From a bacterium (GTDB lineage Bacteria; SAR324; NAC60-12), in assembly GCA_965209155.1 (NCBI GenBank), contig OZ242383.1:4032001-4096000 (forward strand): DNA of 64,000 nt, read 5' to 3'. This document shows, piece after piece, positions 38,159-47,838 of the stretch. Below the pieces are notes generated by a model, which worked only from the letters and a program-made list of their open reading frames with translations, did not search any database and was not told where the DNA came from. How positions within the stretch are numbered: position 1 is the stretch's first letter; each line of letters begins with the position of its first letter. The position numbers and the translations under genes are program-made.

Positions 38159-39325
38159 ATGACCGTCGTCTCGAATGATGAAGGCATCAAAATCACATTG
38201 GGCGTCGAGGAGGAGTTCTTCCTCGTCGATCCCGATTCGCGCGATCTCCTCATCGATCCCGACCCACGTATCTTCGAGAAATGTGAAAAGAACCGTGGGC
38301 CACACAGGGTCGTGCGTGAGTTTCTTCGCTCACAGATCGAAACCAATACGCGGATTTGCGAATCGGTCGCCGAGGTAAGAGCCGCCCTGCATGAGACCCG
38401 GCGAATCGTCATCGAGGCGGCTTCGCGGTATGGTGCCTCGATAATGGCGGCATCCACCCATCCTTTCGCCGCCTGGACGGCACAGTTGTCAACCCCTAAG
38501 GAACGCTACCAGCGCATTGCGTTGACCTTCCAGGACAGCGTACGACAATTCCTCGTTGGTGGGATGCACATCCACGCCGGATTCGGTGATCCGGATTCAC
38601 GCATCCGGGTTATGACCGCGATCCGGCGTTACCTCCCCTTGCTCCACGCGTTGTCCGCCTCATCGCCTTTCACTGCCGGACGCGAGACCGGTTTCAAGTC
38701 CTTTCGTCTGCATCTGGTCGGTAATCTCCCACGCACCAGCCTGCCTAATCCGATGTGGTCCCGCGCCGAGTATGACCGACTCGTGGCCGAGTACCAGCGC
38801 ATGGACTTCATCGAGGATGGCAGCGAGTTGTGGTGGGACATCCGTCCCTCCCACGCCTACCCGACTGTGGAGATGCGAATCTGCGATGTCTGTACCCGGA
38901 TCGAGGACGCCGTGTGCATCGTCGCGCTCTACGCTACGCTCATCCGGATGCTGCTGCGACAGGATCGGGAAGGTGCGTTGCCGCCTGAACCAGCCACGGA
39001 GATCATTGCCGAAAACCGTTGGGTCGCCCAACGATACGGCGTGCTCGCGTTTTTCGGTGATACGGCTCGTGGTTCCGGGCGGGTGGACATCCTCGACCAA
39101 GTGGCCGAACTCGTTGAGACCCTCACAGCCGATGCCCTTGCCCTAGGATGTGAGGCCGAGATCCGCCGTGCCCTGAGCATCATTCGTGAAGGCACCGGCG
39201 CAGATCGGCAGATTGACCTCGCCCGCCTCCGTCGCCTGGAAGGAGACACGGAGGAGATGGTTTTGCGCAAGGTGGTGGACCTGGTCCTGGCGGAGACCCG
39301 GGAGGAACTCGAAGATTCGTTTTGA
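38159..39325 (+). CDS. ybdK: Carboxylate-amine ligase, YbdK / glutamate-cysteine ligase GCS2 family
   Basis: TLGVEEEFFLVD, STHPF, GMHIH, ALSASSPF, WWDIRP...PTVEMRICD. Confidence 0.9.
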   Translation: MTVVSNDEGIKITLGVEEEFFLVDPDSRDLLIDPDPRIFEKCEKNRGPHRVVREFLRSQIETNTRICESVAEVRAALHETRRIVIEAASRYGASIMAASTHPFAAWTAQLSTPKERYQRIALTFQDSVRQFLVGGMHIHAGFGDPDSRIRVMTAIRRYLPLLHALSASSPFTAGRETGFKSFRLHLVGNLPRTSLPNPMWSRAEYDRLVAEYQRMDFIEDGSELWWDIRPSHAYPTVEMRICDVCTRIEDAVCIVALYATLIRMLLRQDREGALPPEPATEIIAENRWVAQRYGVLAFFGDTARGSGRVDILDQVAELVETLTADALALGCEAEIRRALSIIREGTGADRQIDLARLRRLEGDTEEMVLRKVVDLVLAETREELEDSF

Positions 39326-39463
39326 TCCAAATGACGCACCACTTCGGATCGCCTGGCTTCCACAAGCCCGCTTATGTTGCACCTCGAATTGGATGGCAAA
39401 AATCGGCGGGGGGAGTCATCCTGCAGACTAAATTGTAAGACCCAAAAAAAACTTAATTATTTA

Positions 39464-39511
39464 TGTGAATCAGGAGTTAAAAAACGTGTCATTCCTGGCT
39501 TGAACAGGAAT
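39464..39511. repeat. REP/MITE-like palindromic repeat, partial copy
   Basis: TGAATCAGGAGTTAAAAAACGTGTCATTCCTGGCTTGAACAGGAAT is the reverse complement of the unit end at 56283-56328. Confidence 0.8.
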
Positions 39512-39529
39512 TTATTGACAGGTCTACTC

Positions 39530-40918
39530 GAGTTATAGTCAAATTCTGGGGATGGCAATTCAGGCGGCGATCCTGTATTGAGGAATTCCATCGACAAATT
39601 GTACTCCCTCTATCACTTCGGCTAATCGTTTAAATCCGTGTAATCGGATCCAATTTTTCTGAGCGGATTCCATTAATTTGAATGCCATCGTCAAGACGGT
39701 ATTTCTTGAGAAACAACCTCTGACTTTGGCAGTTCTCAGTTTGACAGTAGCGAAGGTGGATTCAATGGGATTGCTCGTTCTCAAATGCCTCCAATGCTCT
39801 GCCGGGAAATCATAGAAGGCCATCAAGGTCTCCTGATCTTTAATCAAGCAGTGAGTGGCTTTAGGATATTTCGCCTCATACATGTCAACAAAATGCTTTA
39901 AGGCTTTGAAAGCTTCCTCTTTGCTGCTGGCCATCCAAATTTGATGGAGACGATCCTTGGCTTTATGATGCTCCCTTTTTGGTAAATAGTTGAGAATGTT
40001 TCCCGTTTTGTGCATCCAACAACGCTGCTCTTTGCTCTGAGGATAGACTTTTTTCAAAGCTTTCCAAAATCCCATCGCTCCGTCTCCCACAGCGATTTTA
40101 GGGGCCTCAGTCAATCCCCGGTGCTTCAGATCCATCAGCAGTTCCCTCCAGGATTGCTCACTTTCCCGGTAGCCATCTTCCAAGGCAACGAGCTCTTTAT
40201 CTCCATTTTCTGTTGCCCCCACAATCACCAAGAGGCATTGTTTATCTTTATCCATTCTCACATTGCAATACACGCCATCGACCCAGAGATAAACATAATG
40301 ACTCTGGGAGAGATCCCGTTGTTTCCAGGCTTTCCAATCCTCATACCAGCTTGATTTAAGACGGCTCACTGTCGCTGAAGACAAGCCCGCCGCTCTTTTA
40401 CCTAAAATCGCTGCGAGCGCCTCCTGAAAGCCACCAGTGGAAATCCCTTTCAGATACAGCCAGGGAATCAGGGCTTCAATACTTTTACTTTTCCTCAGAT
40501 AAGGGGGGATCAACTTGGAAGAAAATCGAATCCTTTCCTCTGATGAGGTGCTTTGACGATCTTTACTCCGCGGAACTTTCACGGATATAGAACCAATTCC
40601 CGTCTGAATCTCCCGATCTTGATGATAACCATGACGAACCACTCGCTGACGTCCATCCGAGAGTCGATAGGACTGATATTCCTTCATGAATATTTCCATC
40701 TCCAATTCCAACGCTTCAGAAAGTATCTTCCTGGCTTTCACTCTCAAAAGTTCACTCAAATGATCTTCAATAATTTGCTCTGGCTTCTCCAGATCAATCA
40801 CGTTATAGTTGCTCATCGGCGTATCCTTTCTTTGATGTAATTCTATTTATTTTAAATTCCCATCAATAGGATACGCCACCTTCAAATTTAGTCCATCCCC
40901 AACTTTCGACTATATCTC
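39530..40918 (-). mobile_element. Complete IS256-family insertion sequence (1389 bp) with 9-bp target site duplication
   Basis: Imperfect TIRs GAGTTATAGTCAAATTCTGGGGATGG / GAGATATAGTCGAAAGTTGGGGATGG; GGTCTACTC duplicated at 39521-39529 and 40919-40927. Confidence 0.93.
39560..40816 (-). CDS. IS256 family (Mutator-type DDE) transposase
   Basis: YLKGISTG, YLWVDGV, GYRES..SW, VGDGAMGFW, QRCWMHK, RTSNPIES. Confidence 0.96.
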   Translation of the reverse strand: MSNYNVIDLEKPEQIIEDHLSELLRVKARKILSEALELEMEIFMKEYQSYRLSDGRQRVVRHGYHQDREIQTGIGSISVKVPRSKDRQSTSSEERIRFSSKLIPPYLRKSKSIEALIPWLYLKGISTGGFQEALAAILGKRAAGLSSATVSRLKSSWYEDWKAWKQRDLSQSHYVYLWVDGVYCNVRMDKDKQCLLVIVGATENGDKELVALEDGYRESEQSWRELLMDLKHRGLTEAPKIAVGDGAMGFWKALKKVYPQSKEQRCWMHKTGNILNYLPKREHHKAKDRLHQIWMASSKEEAFKALKHFVDMYEAKYPKATHCLIKDQETLMAFYDFPAEHWRHLRTSNPIESTFATVKLRTAKVRGCFSRNTVLTMAFKLMESAQKNWIRLHGFKRLAEVIEGVQFVDGIPQYRIAA

Positions 40919-40948
40919 GGTCTACTCGTCAATGACCCAAGCTTGTTA

Positions 40949-41030
40949 AAAATCGTGTCATTCCTGGCTTGAACAGGAATCCCGGGGGATACAGGCGATA
41001 TTTTGGATACCGGATCATCCTGGTTCGTAT
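40949..41030. repeat. REP/MITE-like palindromic repeat
   Basis: CGTGTCATTCCTGGCTTGAACAGGAATCCCGGGGGAT...TTTTGGATACCGGATCATCCTG is similar to the reverse complement of 56231-56320. Confidence 0.8.
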
Positions 41031-41217
41031 ATAATTTATGATTTTCTACAACCAGATTTTTGTAAAGGTGGAAAAACATGGGTTCAAGCAAAAATTTTCT
41101 TGACCATCTCGTCATGGTAAAATATTTTACTCTGCGAAGATAGTTTTCAGAACCCGTTTTAGAATCATTCGAGTTATAAAAATCAATCGATAAACATCAT
41201 TGCATCAGAAAGGAACA

Positions 41218-42216
41218 ATGGAAAAACGAAGACTTGGAAATACGGATTTGTATTGCTCACCCGTGGGATTTGGCACTTGGGAAATGAGCACCACCATGTA
41301 CGGCGCTATTGATACCGGAGAAGCAAAGCGCGCCGTTCAGGCTGCCATCGATCATGGCATCAACCTTTTTGACACCGCCGAAGTTTATGGCCCTTTTCAC
41401 TCGGAAGAATTGCTGGGCAAAGCGCTTGGAGAACGGCGAAAAGACATCATTCTCGTGACGAAAGTGGGTTTCGGCTACAGCGAAGAGGGACAAATCCTGG
41501 GACGCAATTCAAAGTATGTCCACATTATTAAACGTACGGAAGGGTGTTTGCGTCGTCTGAATACCGACGTGATCGACCTCATGCTCATCCACTGGCCTGA
41601 TTTCAAGACACCGCTCGATGAACCCATGTATGCATTGGAGCAACTGAAGAAGGATGGGAAGATTCGCTATGGCGGGGTTTCCAATTTCAATATTGAAATG
41701 ATGGACTATTGCCGCAAATATTCGGACATTTCAGTCAACCAGGTCGGTTATCACTTATTTGATCAACGCATGGATAAAGTAATCCTTCCCTATTGCCTCG
41801 AGCACAATATCGGATTCATGGCTTACGGCACCTTGGGTTTCGGTCTCCTCTCCGGTGCCTTCATTCCAGAGACGACCTTTGCTGAAAACGACTGGCGCAG
41901 ACATAAACATGCTTTTTGGCTTCCCTTGTTTTTAAGAAAGGAAACTTTCTTACGGGAGTTGAAAGTGGCAGAGCGCTTGAAAGCAGTGGCGCAGCGCTAC
42001 GGAAAGTCGTTGGCTCAACTGGCCATATCCTGGGTTTTGGGAAATCCTGCCGTCTCCGTGGCGCTGGTCGGTATGCGGAATGAGAAGGAATTGGTGGAAA
42101 ACGTTGCGGCCACCGGTTGGCGCTTGACGCCGAAGGACCGTGCTGAAATCGATCGCATTTTCGAAGAAGAAAACTGTCCTACCTATTTCGATTACCCGAT
42201 GGCCTTGGTCGACTGA
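41218..42216 (+). CDS. Aldo/keto reductase
   Basis: MEKRRLG, GFGTW, FDTAEVYG, TKVG, DLMLIHWPD, GVSNF. Confidence 0.94.
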   Translation: MEKRRLGNTDLYCSPVGFGTWEMSTTMYGAIDTGEAKRAVQAAIDHGINLFDTAEVYGPFHSEELLGKALGERRKDIILVTKVGFGYSEEGQILGRNSKYVHIIKRTEGCLRRLNTDVIDLMLIHWPDFKTPLDEPMYALEQLKKDGKIRYGGVSNFNIEMMDYCRKYSDISVNQVGYHLFDQRMDKVILPYCLEHNIGFMAYGTLGFGLLSGAFIPETTFAENDWRRHKHAFWLPLFLRKETFLRELKVAERLKAVAQRYGKSLAQLAISWVLGNPAVSVALVGMRNEKELVENVAATGWRLTPKDRAEIDRIFEEENCPTYFDYPMALVD

Positions 42217-42256
42217 TTGAAGAGTCTGAAGGGTCTGAGGACAAAAAGGAGGGAGT

Positions 42257-42697
42257 ATGATGATCAAGCGAATCAGTGGCGTGATTTTGGTGGTGACGGC
42301 AGTTTTAGTGGCGGCGCAAACGATTGGTGAGCCGCTCTACTACGTATCCGAAGAAGCGGGGGCCTACAGCCGTATGATTTGGGATATCCTGAACCCGTTG
42401 ATGCTACTCACCATCGTGTTGGGAGTGATTTTCGCTCACATCCGCAAGAGAGACCTCGCCGTCGAAGATGGCAACAGGATGATCACCCGGGAGTTTATAA
42501 CCGCCAACACCCAGTTCTACGGCTTCCTCTTCATGGGAATTCTTTTCTGCTGGAACTGGTTCAACACGCTCACTCCCGGATTCAGCGCAGTGGGAGCAGA
42601 CCCGCGCAACCTCGTCTGGTTGCTCATCGATGCCACCCTGCCGCTGCTTGCCGGTTCAATGGGAATCTACCTGCTACGGCAGGGCAAAGACGACTAA
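42257..42697 (+). CDS. Hypothetical membrane protein (about 4 TM segments)
   Basis: Strong RBS (AGGAGGGAG), hydrophobic segments, co-oriented with the AKR gene. Confidence 0.7.
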   Translation: MMIKRISGVILVVTAVLVAAQTIGEPLYYVSEEAGAYSRMIWDILNPLMLLTIVLGVIFAHIRKRDLAVEDGNRMITREFITANTQFYGFLFMGILFCWNWFNTLTPGFSAVGADPRNLVWLLIDATLPLLAGSMGIYLLRQGKDD

Positions 42698-42807
42698 AAT
42701 CAAAACTCTCTAAAAACGTAGATCTTGGCCTGGAGGTTAGGTTACTCGAATTGTCGAAGATTCATGAAGATGCTGTGTTCCAAAAATCACTTCTAACTGG
42801 AACAAAT

Positions 42808-43308
42808 TCAGTCTTTTTCTTCCAAGGCATGCGCCAGGTTTTGAGGGCGATTGCAACGTGCCGTCTTGATGGTCAAGTCGAGACTATGATAGCGAACCTT
42901 GGCACGATTGAGCGTCTTACGTTGCTTCGGGTGAATGCTCTTTCCATGAAACAAGATGGGACGGCAGGCGGAGTTGATGGTTTTCGGTGCAAAGCGAACG
43001 GCGAAATCAGCGCCTCGTTGCAGTTGCTCGGACGCCTCCGATGCGTCAACATCACCACTCTTGAGTTCAATGGGTACTGTGAGGAGAGTTTCTCCGGCGT
43101 CGCTTGAAAAGAAAAGAACAAAATCACAGTGTTTGCCCGACATTTCGTGAGTTTGGAAGGCTTTGTCCAGGTCCACTACGATTCGGGGAGATGGTACTTC
43201 CTCCATGGACACCCGGCATCCGTCCCGGCTGCATGAAGCGCTGAGGTTTTCTTCACCCACTTCTGACTCTATCCCTTCGAGAACCTTACCCATCTTTGTG
43301 ATTCGCAT
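42808..43308 (-). CDS. Hypothetical protein, PD-(D/E)xK-like partner of the AAA ATPase
   Basis: HCDFVLF...VPIELKSG...SEQLQ fits a D...ExK...Q nuclease-like pattern; overlaps the ATPase stop; start may be 43293. Confidence 0.65.
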   Translation of the reverse strand: MRITKMGKVLEGIESEVGEENLSASCSRDGCRVSMEEVPSPRIVVDLDKAFQTHEMSGKHCDFVLFFSSDAGETLLTVPIELKSGDVDASEASEQLQRGADFAVRFAPKTINSACRPILFHGKSIHPKQRKTLNRAKVRYHSLDLTIKTARCNRPQNLAHALEEKD

Positions 43309-44884
43309 TTCCCGTTACTTCCTCGAGCTGGTTCTGCAGGTTAGCCGAACGGTTGTATAGTTCTTCCGCCACTTTTTCGTAGTCCTCGGGTTCCACGCCT
43401 TCACTGCGGTCGAATGGAATTTCCTCCACCGTTGACCCCGACGGAGCATTGTCCTTGTGGAACAGCCAGATTCCCACCTCACTCGGCTTGAGCGAGTTCT
43501 CGAGGGAACTCTGGTCCATCAGGTTCCCGGTCTTCTCATCCAACTCCCCTTTCCGGATCAGGTTTCCAACCTCCTTGAGCAGCCAGTCGCTGTGCGTCGT
43601 GACCACCACCCGGACCCCGGTGCGAACTATACGGGCCAGTGTCACCGCCATCTGGGTCTGCGCAGCCGGATGGAGGTGAGCTTCGGGTTCCTCGATGATG
43701 AGCGTGTCGCCTCGGCTGATGGTTCCGCGCAAAAAAAGTACGATGGGAGCCAGTTCAGAGACCATTGAAGAAACACGAGTCAGCCGGATGTCCTCTTTTG
43801 ATTCCTGCGGTCGGTAGACGAATTCGGGATACCCTCCCGATGGGCCCCTCTTGGTCCGTATTTGACCGGCAAGCGCATCTCTCTCAAGGGCGTCAGCTAG
43901 ATTTTTCATCATATCGTCCGGCTCTTGCTCCTCTTCGTAAAGAATGAGTTGCTGCAGGAAATCGGCCATCACGCCCGAGAATGTCGGAAGTTCCGGAAAG
44001 CGTTCCAGACCACCACGGGTGGAACGCGTCACGAGGGAACTCGCAATCACGCGATGACTCTGCATGATACCACTCCGCGCGGCTGGCAAGTAATGTATCC
44101 CGGTTCGTTCACTACCAGCCATCTGCGGGAGCTCAAATAATATTTCAAATAGAAGATTCCAATATTCCTGTAAGGATTTGATTCTCCGAACCATTTCGAC
44201 CAATCGTCTACGAAAAAATTCCCAATCGTTAAACTCCGCAGTTAACCATCCTTCAGGAAAGAGGTCTACGTTCTCGATTCCTCCGTCTGTGGTGATTCCC
44301 GATTCCGACATTCCAAAATGGAAATGCCACAGGTTGCGATCTTCCTCGCGAATAGACAGCGAAATCTTCATCCCATTGGGTGAGTCAGACAATCGAATCA
44401 GATTGGAAACAGAATTGAGATCAAAACAGCGAATGAGTTCGGTCTCCAAGTTTGCCCCCAATAACTCCGGTTCCTTCAGTATAGCCTGGATAATATTTCT
44501 CACGTCCCTGGGTAAATCCGTGAAGCTGAACGGCCTTCCTTCGGTTTCCAGCTTTTCGAGAAAAGCCTGACATTCTTTTTCCCACGTGTCATTTTCTATT
44601 TTAGGAGACAACAATTTTTCATACAGACGCTTATGTCCTAGAAGAGAATGAAGAAATTGACGCGAGATAGGAATGCGTGAAAATCCTTCCAGAATCCTTT
44701 GCAATGCGTAGAGGAGAATGGCGAAATAGGTCTTGCCGGTATTGCTTGGACCAACGAATACCGTCAGGGGCCTCAAATCTATTGTAGCACTCGCAATGGG
44801 ACCTAAATCTGTCACTGAAATCCGCACTTCAGGAGATTTCGACATCCGTGTATCCATTGGAGCGGGTTCTTTTGGTTTCTTCAT
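43286..44884 (-). CDS. ABC/AAA-type ATPase (AAA_15/AAA_21-like), probably defence-associated
   Basis: LGPI, GPSNTGKT (Walker A), YLPAARSG, VSSMV, IIEEPEAHLHP, TTHS. Confidence 0.9.
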   Translation of the reverse strand: MKKPKEPAPMDTRMSKSPEVRISVTDLGPIASATIDLRPLTVFVGPSNTGKTYFAILLYALQRILEGFSRIPISRQFLHSLLGHKRLYEKLLSPKIENDTWEKECQAFLEKLETEGRPFSFTDLPRDVRNIIQAILKEPELLGANLETELIRCFDLNSVSNLIRLSDSPNGMKISLSIREEDRNLWHFHFGMSESGITTDGGIENVDLFPEGWLTAEFNDWEFFRRRLVEMVRRIKSLQEYWNLLFEILFELPQMAGSERTGIHYLPAARSGIMQSHRVIASSLVTRSTRGGLERFPELPTFSGVMADFLQQLILYEEEQEPDDMMKNLADALERDALAGQIRTKRGPSGGYPEFVYRPQESKEDIRLTRVSSMVSELAPIVLFLRGTISRGDTLIIEEPEAHLHPAAQTQMAVTLARIVRTGVRVVVTTHSDWLLKEVGNLIRKGELDEKTGNLMDQSSLENSLKPSEVGIWLFHKDNAPSGSTVEEIPFDRSEGVEPEDYEKVAEELYNRSANLQNQLEEVTGNANHKDG

Positions 44885-44970
44885 GGCGAATCTCCCGTAT
44901 TCAAGATGATTTTCAATAGTATCACTATCCCATGACGTGAAGGCGGTATCGTCATTCTCCAGGTATGCTT

Positions 44971-45062
44971 ACCTCGTGCTGACGTGGTTGATAAATTTGA
45001 CGGCGATACGGCCGGATCGGGGTTTTGAAAACGAATGGGAAGTGTCACGGTGAAGCGTTTCC
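44971..45062 (-). pseudogene. Second, diverged fragment of a type III DNA methyltransferase (mod) 3' end
   Basis: Translates ETLHRDTSHSFSKPRSGRIAVKFINH; compare ETLHSDTTRPFPKPQSGRIAVKVINH at 47448-47540. Confidence 0.75.
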
Positions 45063-45064
45063 GG

Positions 45065-45613
45065 CTATGCATCTTTATTAGAAAATTTTCTGATTGCACT
45101 TGGAAACCATTCGACAAACCTCATTGCAGTTTTATGGAGTTCGTATACATCTTCGGAATTCTTTTCGAGTGAATAGCTTCCAAAGTTTTGATGGACCAAA
45201 CGGTTTCTTGCAAGCCCAATTTCCAGAAATGCCTGGATGGACGATTTTAGATCGTTGTCATTTTTAACCTCTCGTTCCATACAATTCCTGAAATCAGTAC
45301 CGAATAGAGAGAAGAATTTGTTAGCGTTACTTTTTTCCCAATCAAACCAGGAATGGTACTGCCGGGATACTGCTTTGTTTTTGACCAGATGAGCAAGAAC
45401 ATGGTCTTTTGCCGTAACTTCTTCCACAAAGCGATTTACCTCCTCGGTCAATCGTTGCTCGTAGTAACTGGCAGAAGCTATCAGGAGAGTCTTCTTGAGA
45501 TTATCATCTGCTACGTTGTGTAAAGATATTTCAAGTCCTTCTCTCAAGAATTTGAGAATCTCGGAAAACTCCCCGTGCAGGCGGTCCACAATCGTTGTAT
45601 GCACCATGATCAT
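45065..45613 (-). CDS. HEPN-like protein (RiboL-PSP/MAE-type), putative RNase
   Basis: RNRLVH (Rx4H) motif, LLIASASYYE helix; immediately downstream of the DUF262 gene. Confidence 0.75.
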   Translation of the reverse strand: MIMVHTTIVDRLHGEFSEILKFLREGLEISLHNVADDNLKKTLLIASASYYEQRLTEEVNRFVEEVTAKDHVLAHLVKNKAVSRQYHSWFDWEKSNANKFFSLFGTDFRNCMEREVKNDNDLKSSIQAFLEIGLARNRLVHQNFGSYSLEKNSEDVYELHKTAMRFVEWFPSAIRKFSNKDA

Positions 45614-45616
45614 CTC

Positions 45617-46798
45617 CTAGAGGGTTCCCACGATTTCCAGTGCCCTGTTCAATCTCTTTTTCACATTCGCCGTTTGTGTCGTACTTGCCAAAGCAGCTCC
45701 ACTGAACTCCGGATCGGTTTCAAGAATACGAATTTTTTCGGTATCCAACTTCCCGTTTATACATCGATTGTCGGAAAATGCTTTCAGGTTCACCGCCGAG
45801 AATACTGCTTCATATAGTGCGATGTTGAATCGATTGTTCTTCTTGTTCATGAAAGCATTGTCCGGCAGGTCTGCGCACGCATTCAAAAAAGATGCAAAGA
45901 GGTTTTCAAAGTATTCATTTTGCTCGTCACTGAATCCTTCACAATTTTTAGAAAATTGATTGAGGAATTTGATCATGGATGGCGCATAGTTCGCACCATC
46001 GATAAGCATAGCAAATCCACGGAGAAGAATTTCAATATCCTTCATGTGCAGATCCGGTTCGGTCGACTGTAGAATTCTCCTCCATTTCTCTTCCGTATTG
46101 ATTCTGTAAAGCATTTCATAAAAATTTGAATGATACATACTCGTTCGGATTTCTTGTGGACGCAAGTTTACACCGCCCGTATTGAGGCGATTGAACACTT
46201 CATACATCGAAGAGTCGTCGTTCGAAGGTACGTTCTGTTTGACGACGATATTGCGGATCGGTCTCAGGTCGAACTGAGTTTTGTATTCACCAAGTGTCTC
46301 ATAGTTCAAACCTTTGAATTTACTTTTATGATCGGGGAGTTTTTCGGGTAATCGAAGATTGAAAGTCTGAAAATATTCGTCATTGTCAAGTATTTCGTCA
46401 GGGATGCTGCCTTCGTGATCGAAAATGTTGCGCAGGTCGATTCGTTTCTCTTTTCTGGGAAAGCGTTTCTTGATGAAATAGTAGATAGACATCAAACGTT
46501 GCTGGCCATCGATCACCAGAAATTTGTTACGTTCCTGTTCGTACAGGAAAAGTTGTGGTATCGGCAGACCGAGGATCAAAGATTCGATCAGTTTGGACGC
46601 ACGTCCCAAATCCCAGACAAAGTTACGCTGGAAGGAAGGAATACGAACTATACCGGATTCCACGAAGCTGTGTAACGTCATCACGTTGAAATCATTCGGT
46701 GATGCGGTTATGTCATACTCGTCAACCTGTATTTCGTCCTCATTATCCAAATAATCTTCATAAAGCAAATCTGATTCTTCATTCATAAGTTTCTCCAT
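45617..46798 (-). CDS. DUF262 (GmrS/ParB-like) domain protein
   Basis: PSFQRNFVW, LIESLILGLPIP, VIDGQQRL, FNRLNTGG. Confidence 0.92.
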   Translation of the reverse strand: MEKLMNEESDLLYEDYLDNEDEIQVDEYDITASPNDFNVMTLHSFVESGIVRIPSFQRNFVWDLGRASKLIESLILGLPIPQLFLYEQERNKFLVIDGQQRLMSIYYFIKKRFPRKEKRIDLRNIFDHEGSIPDEILDNDEYFQTFNLRLPEKLPDHKSKFKGLNYETLGEYKTQFDLRPIRNIVVKQNVPSNDDSSMYEVFNRLNTGGVNLRPQEIRTSMYHSNFYEMLYRINTEEKWRRILQSTEPDLHMKDIEILLRGFAMLIDGANYAPSMIKFLNQFSKNCEGFSDEQNEYFENLFASFLNACADLPDNAFMNKKNNRFNIALYEAVFSAVNLKAFSDNRCINGKLDTEKIRILETDPEFSGAALASTTQTANVKKRLNRALEIVGTL

Positions 46799-47000
46799 GA
46801 TTGATTTATTCCAATAAGTTCGCTAAAAATTCCCACATTTTTACACCAACCTACCCTACCACTGAAACAAGGCTCGTGAATACAAGGACATCTTTCTATT
46901 TTCAGTTTGTAAAATTAACATTTATTTCTGACCGGTACAACTTTGCACCTGTTCCTGGATTGCGGTGGAATGAGCAGTGGCAACATGACAAAATAGGCAA

Positions 47001-47413
47001 TCAGCGTAGGCTTCGGGGTATATTTTCCAAACGTGCTATCCAATTCCCGAAATGCGGACAAGCAGTTCGCATTGTACCGAGGCCGATTTCGAGCGCGGCA
47101 AGGGTCCCGTGAAAAGGTTTCTGATAGCCCGAAACCAATGTTCCGATTCTTTTGGATGGGGCACCCGCGGGAGAATCGTCGATCTCTTCGGGGTTGGCAA
47201 AGGCGTTCCGGATTTTCTGAAAGCATGCTGAGAGATGCGGATGGCCGATGCCATGACCAAACCGGTCGCAATTGCTAAAGAGAAGGCGCCGATGAAGTTG
47301 GATTTGCCGGAACCGTTGGGCCCGATCAACACGTTGATCGGGCGAAGTTGCAGGCGTTCTATACTCCTGATGCTCTTGAAGCCTTTGATGGTGATCCAGT
47401 CAAGTACGGCCAT
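47001..47413 (-). pseudogene. Deletion remnant joining the N-terminus of an AAA ATPase to the C-terminus of a DUF4276-like protein
   Basis: MAVLDWITIKGFKSI...INVLIGPNGSGKSNFI, then in another frame FANPEEIDDSPAGAPSKRI...YQKPFHG...IGL...CPHFGNWIARLE. Confidence 0.75.
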
Positions 47414-47424
47414 GTTATTCCCCT

Positions 47425-47771
47425 CTACACTCGAAAGACTTTCATGACCTCGTCGCCGAGGTGGTTGATGACTTTGACGGCGATGCGGCCGGATTGGGGT
47501 TTGGGGAAGGGTCGGGTGGTGTCGCTGTGGAGCGTTTCCCAGGCTTCCCGGTGGATTTCGGCTTTGAGCGTCGTCTTGAGGGCTTTGTACGGGTCGTTGG
47601 CGCCAAGGAAATAGGCGTATCGCACGAAAAAGCTCTCCTCGTTGTAGTCGGTGTCGATGAACCAACAGGCAATACCGTCCGCGCCGTCACTGCGAATTTC
47701 ACCGGTGTTGGGGAGGCATCACGGTAGGTGAAGCTTCCTACTTGATTGTTCACTTTGGACGTTCTGGCCAT
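47425..47771 (-). pseudogene. Type III R-M DNA methyltransferase (mod) with most of the gene deleted
   Basis: PNTGEIRSDGADGIACWFIDTDYNEESFFVRYAYFLGANDPYKALKTTLKAEI...RIAVKVINHLGDEVMKVFRV* is a Mod C-terminus; preceded by a short MARTSKV... start (assignment of this to the mod N-terminus is less certain). Confidence 0.75.
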
Positions 47772-47838
47772 TGTTCTTTGTTTTGCGATAATTCTTTTAG
47801 CCGGTCAGTAAAATTTTCAGAGTAAAGCCCGGATGAGG

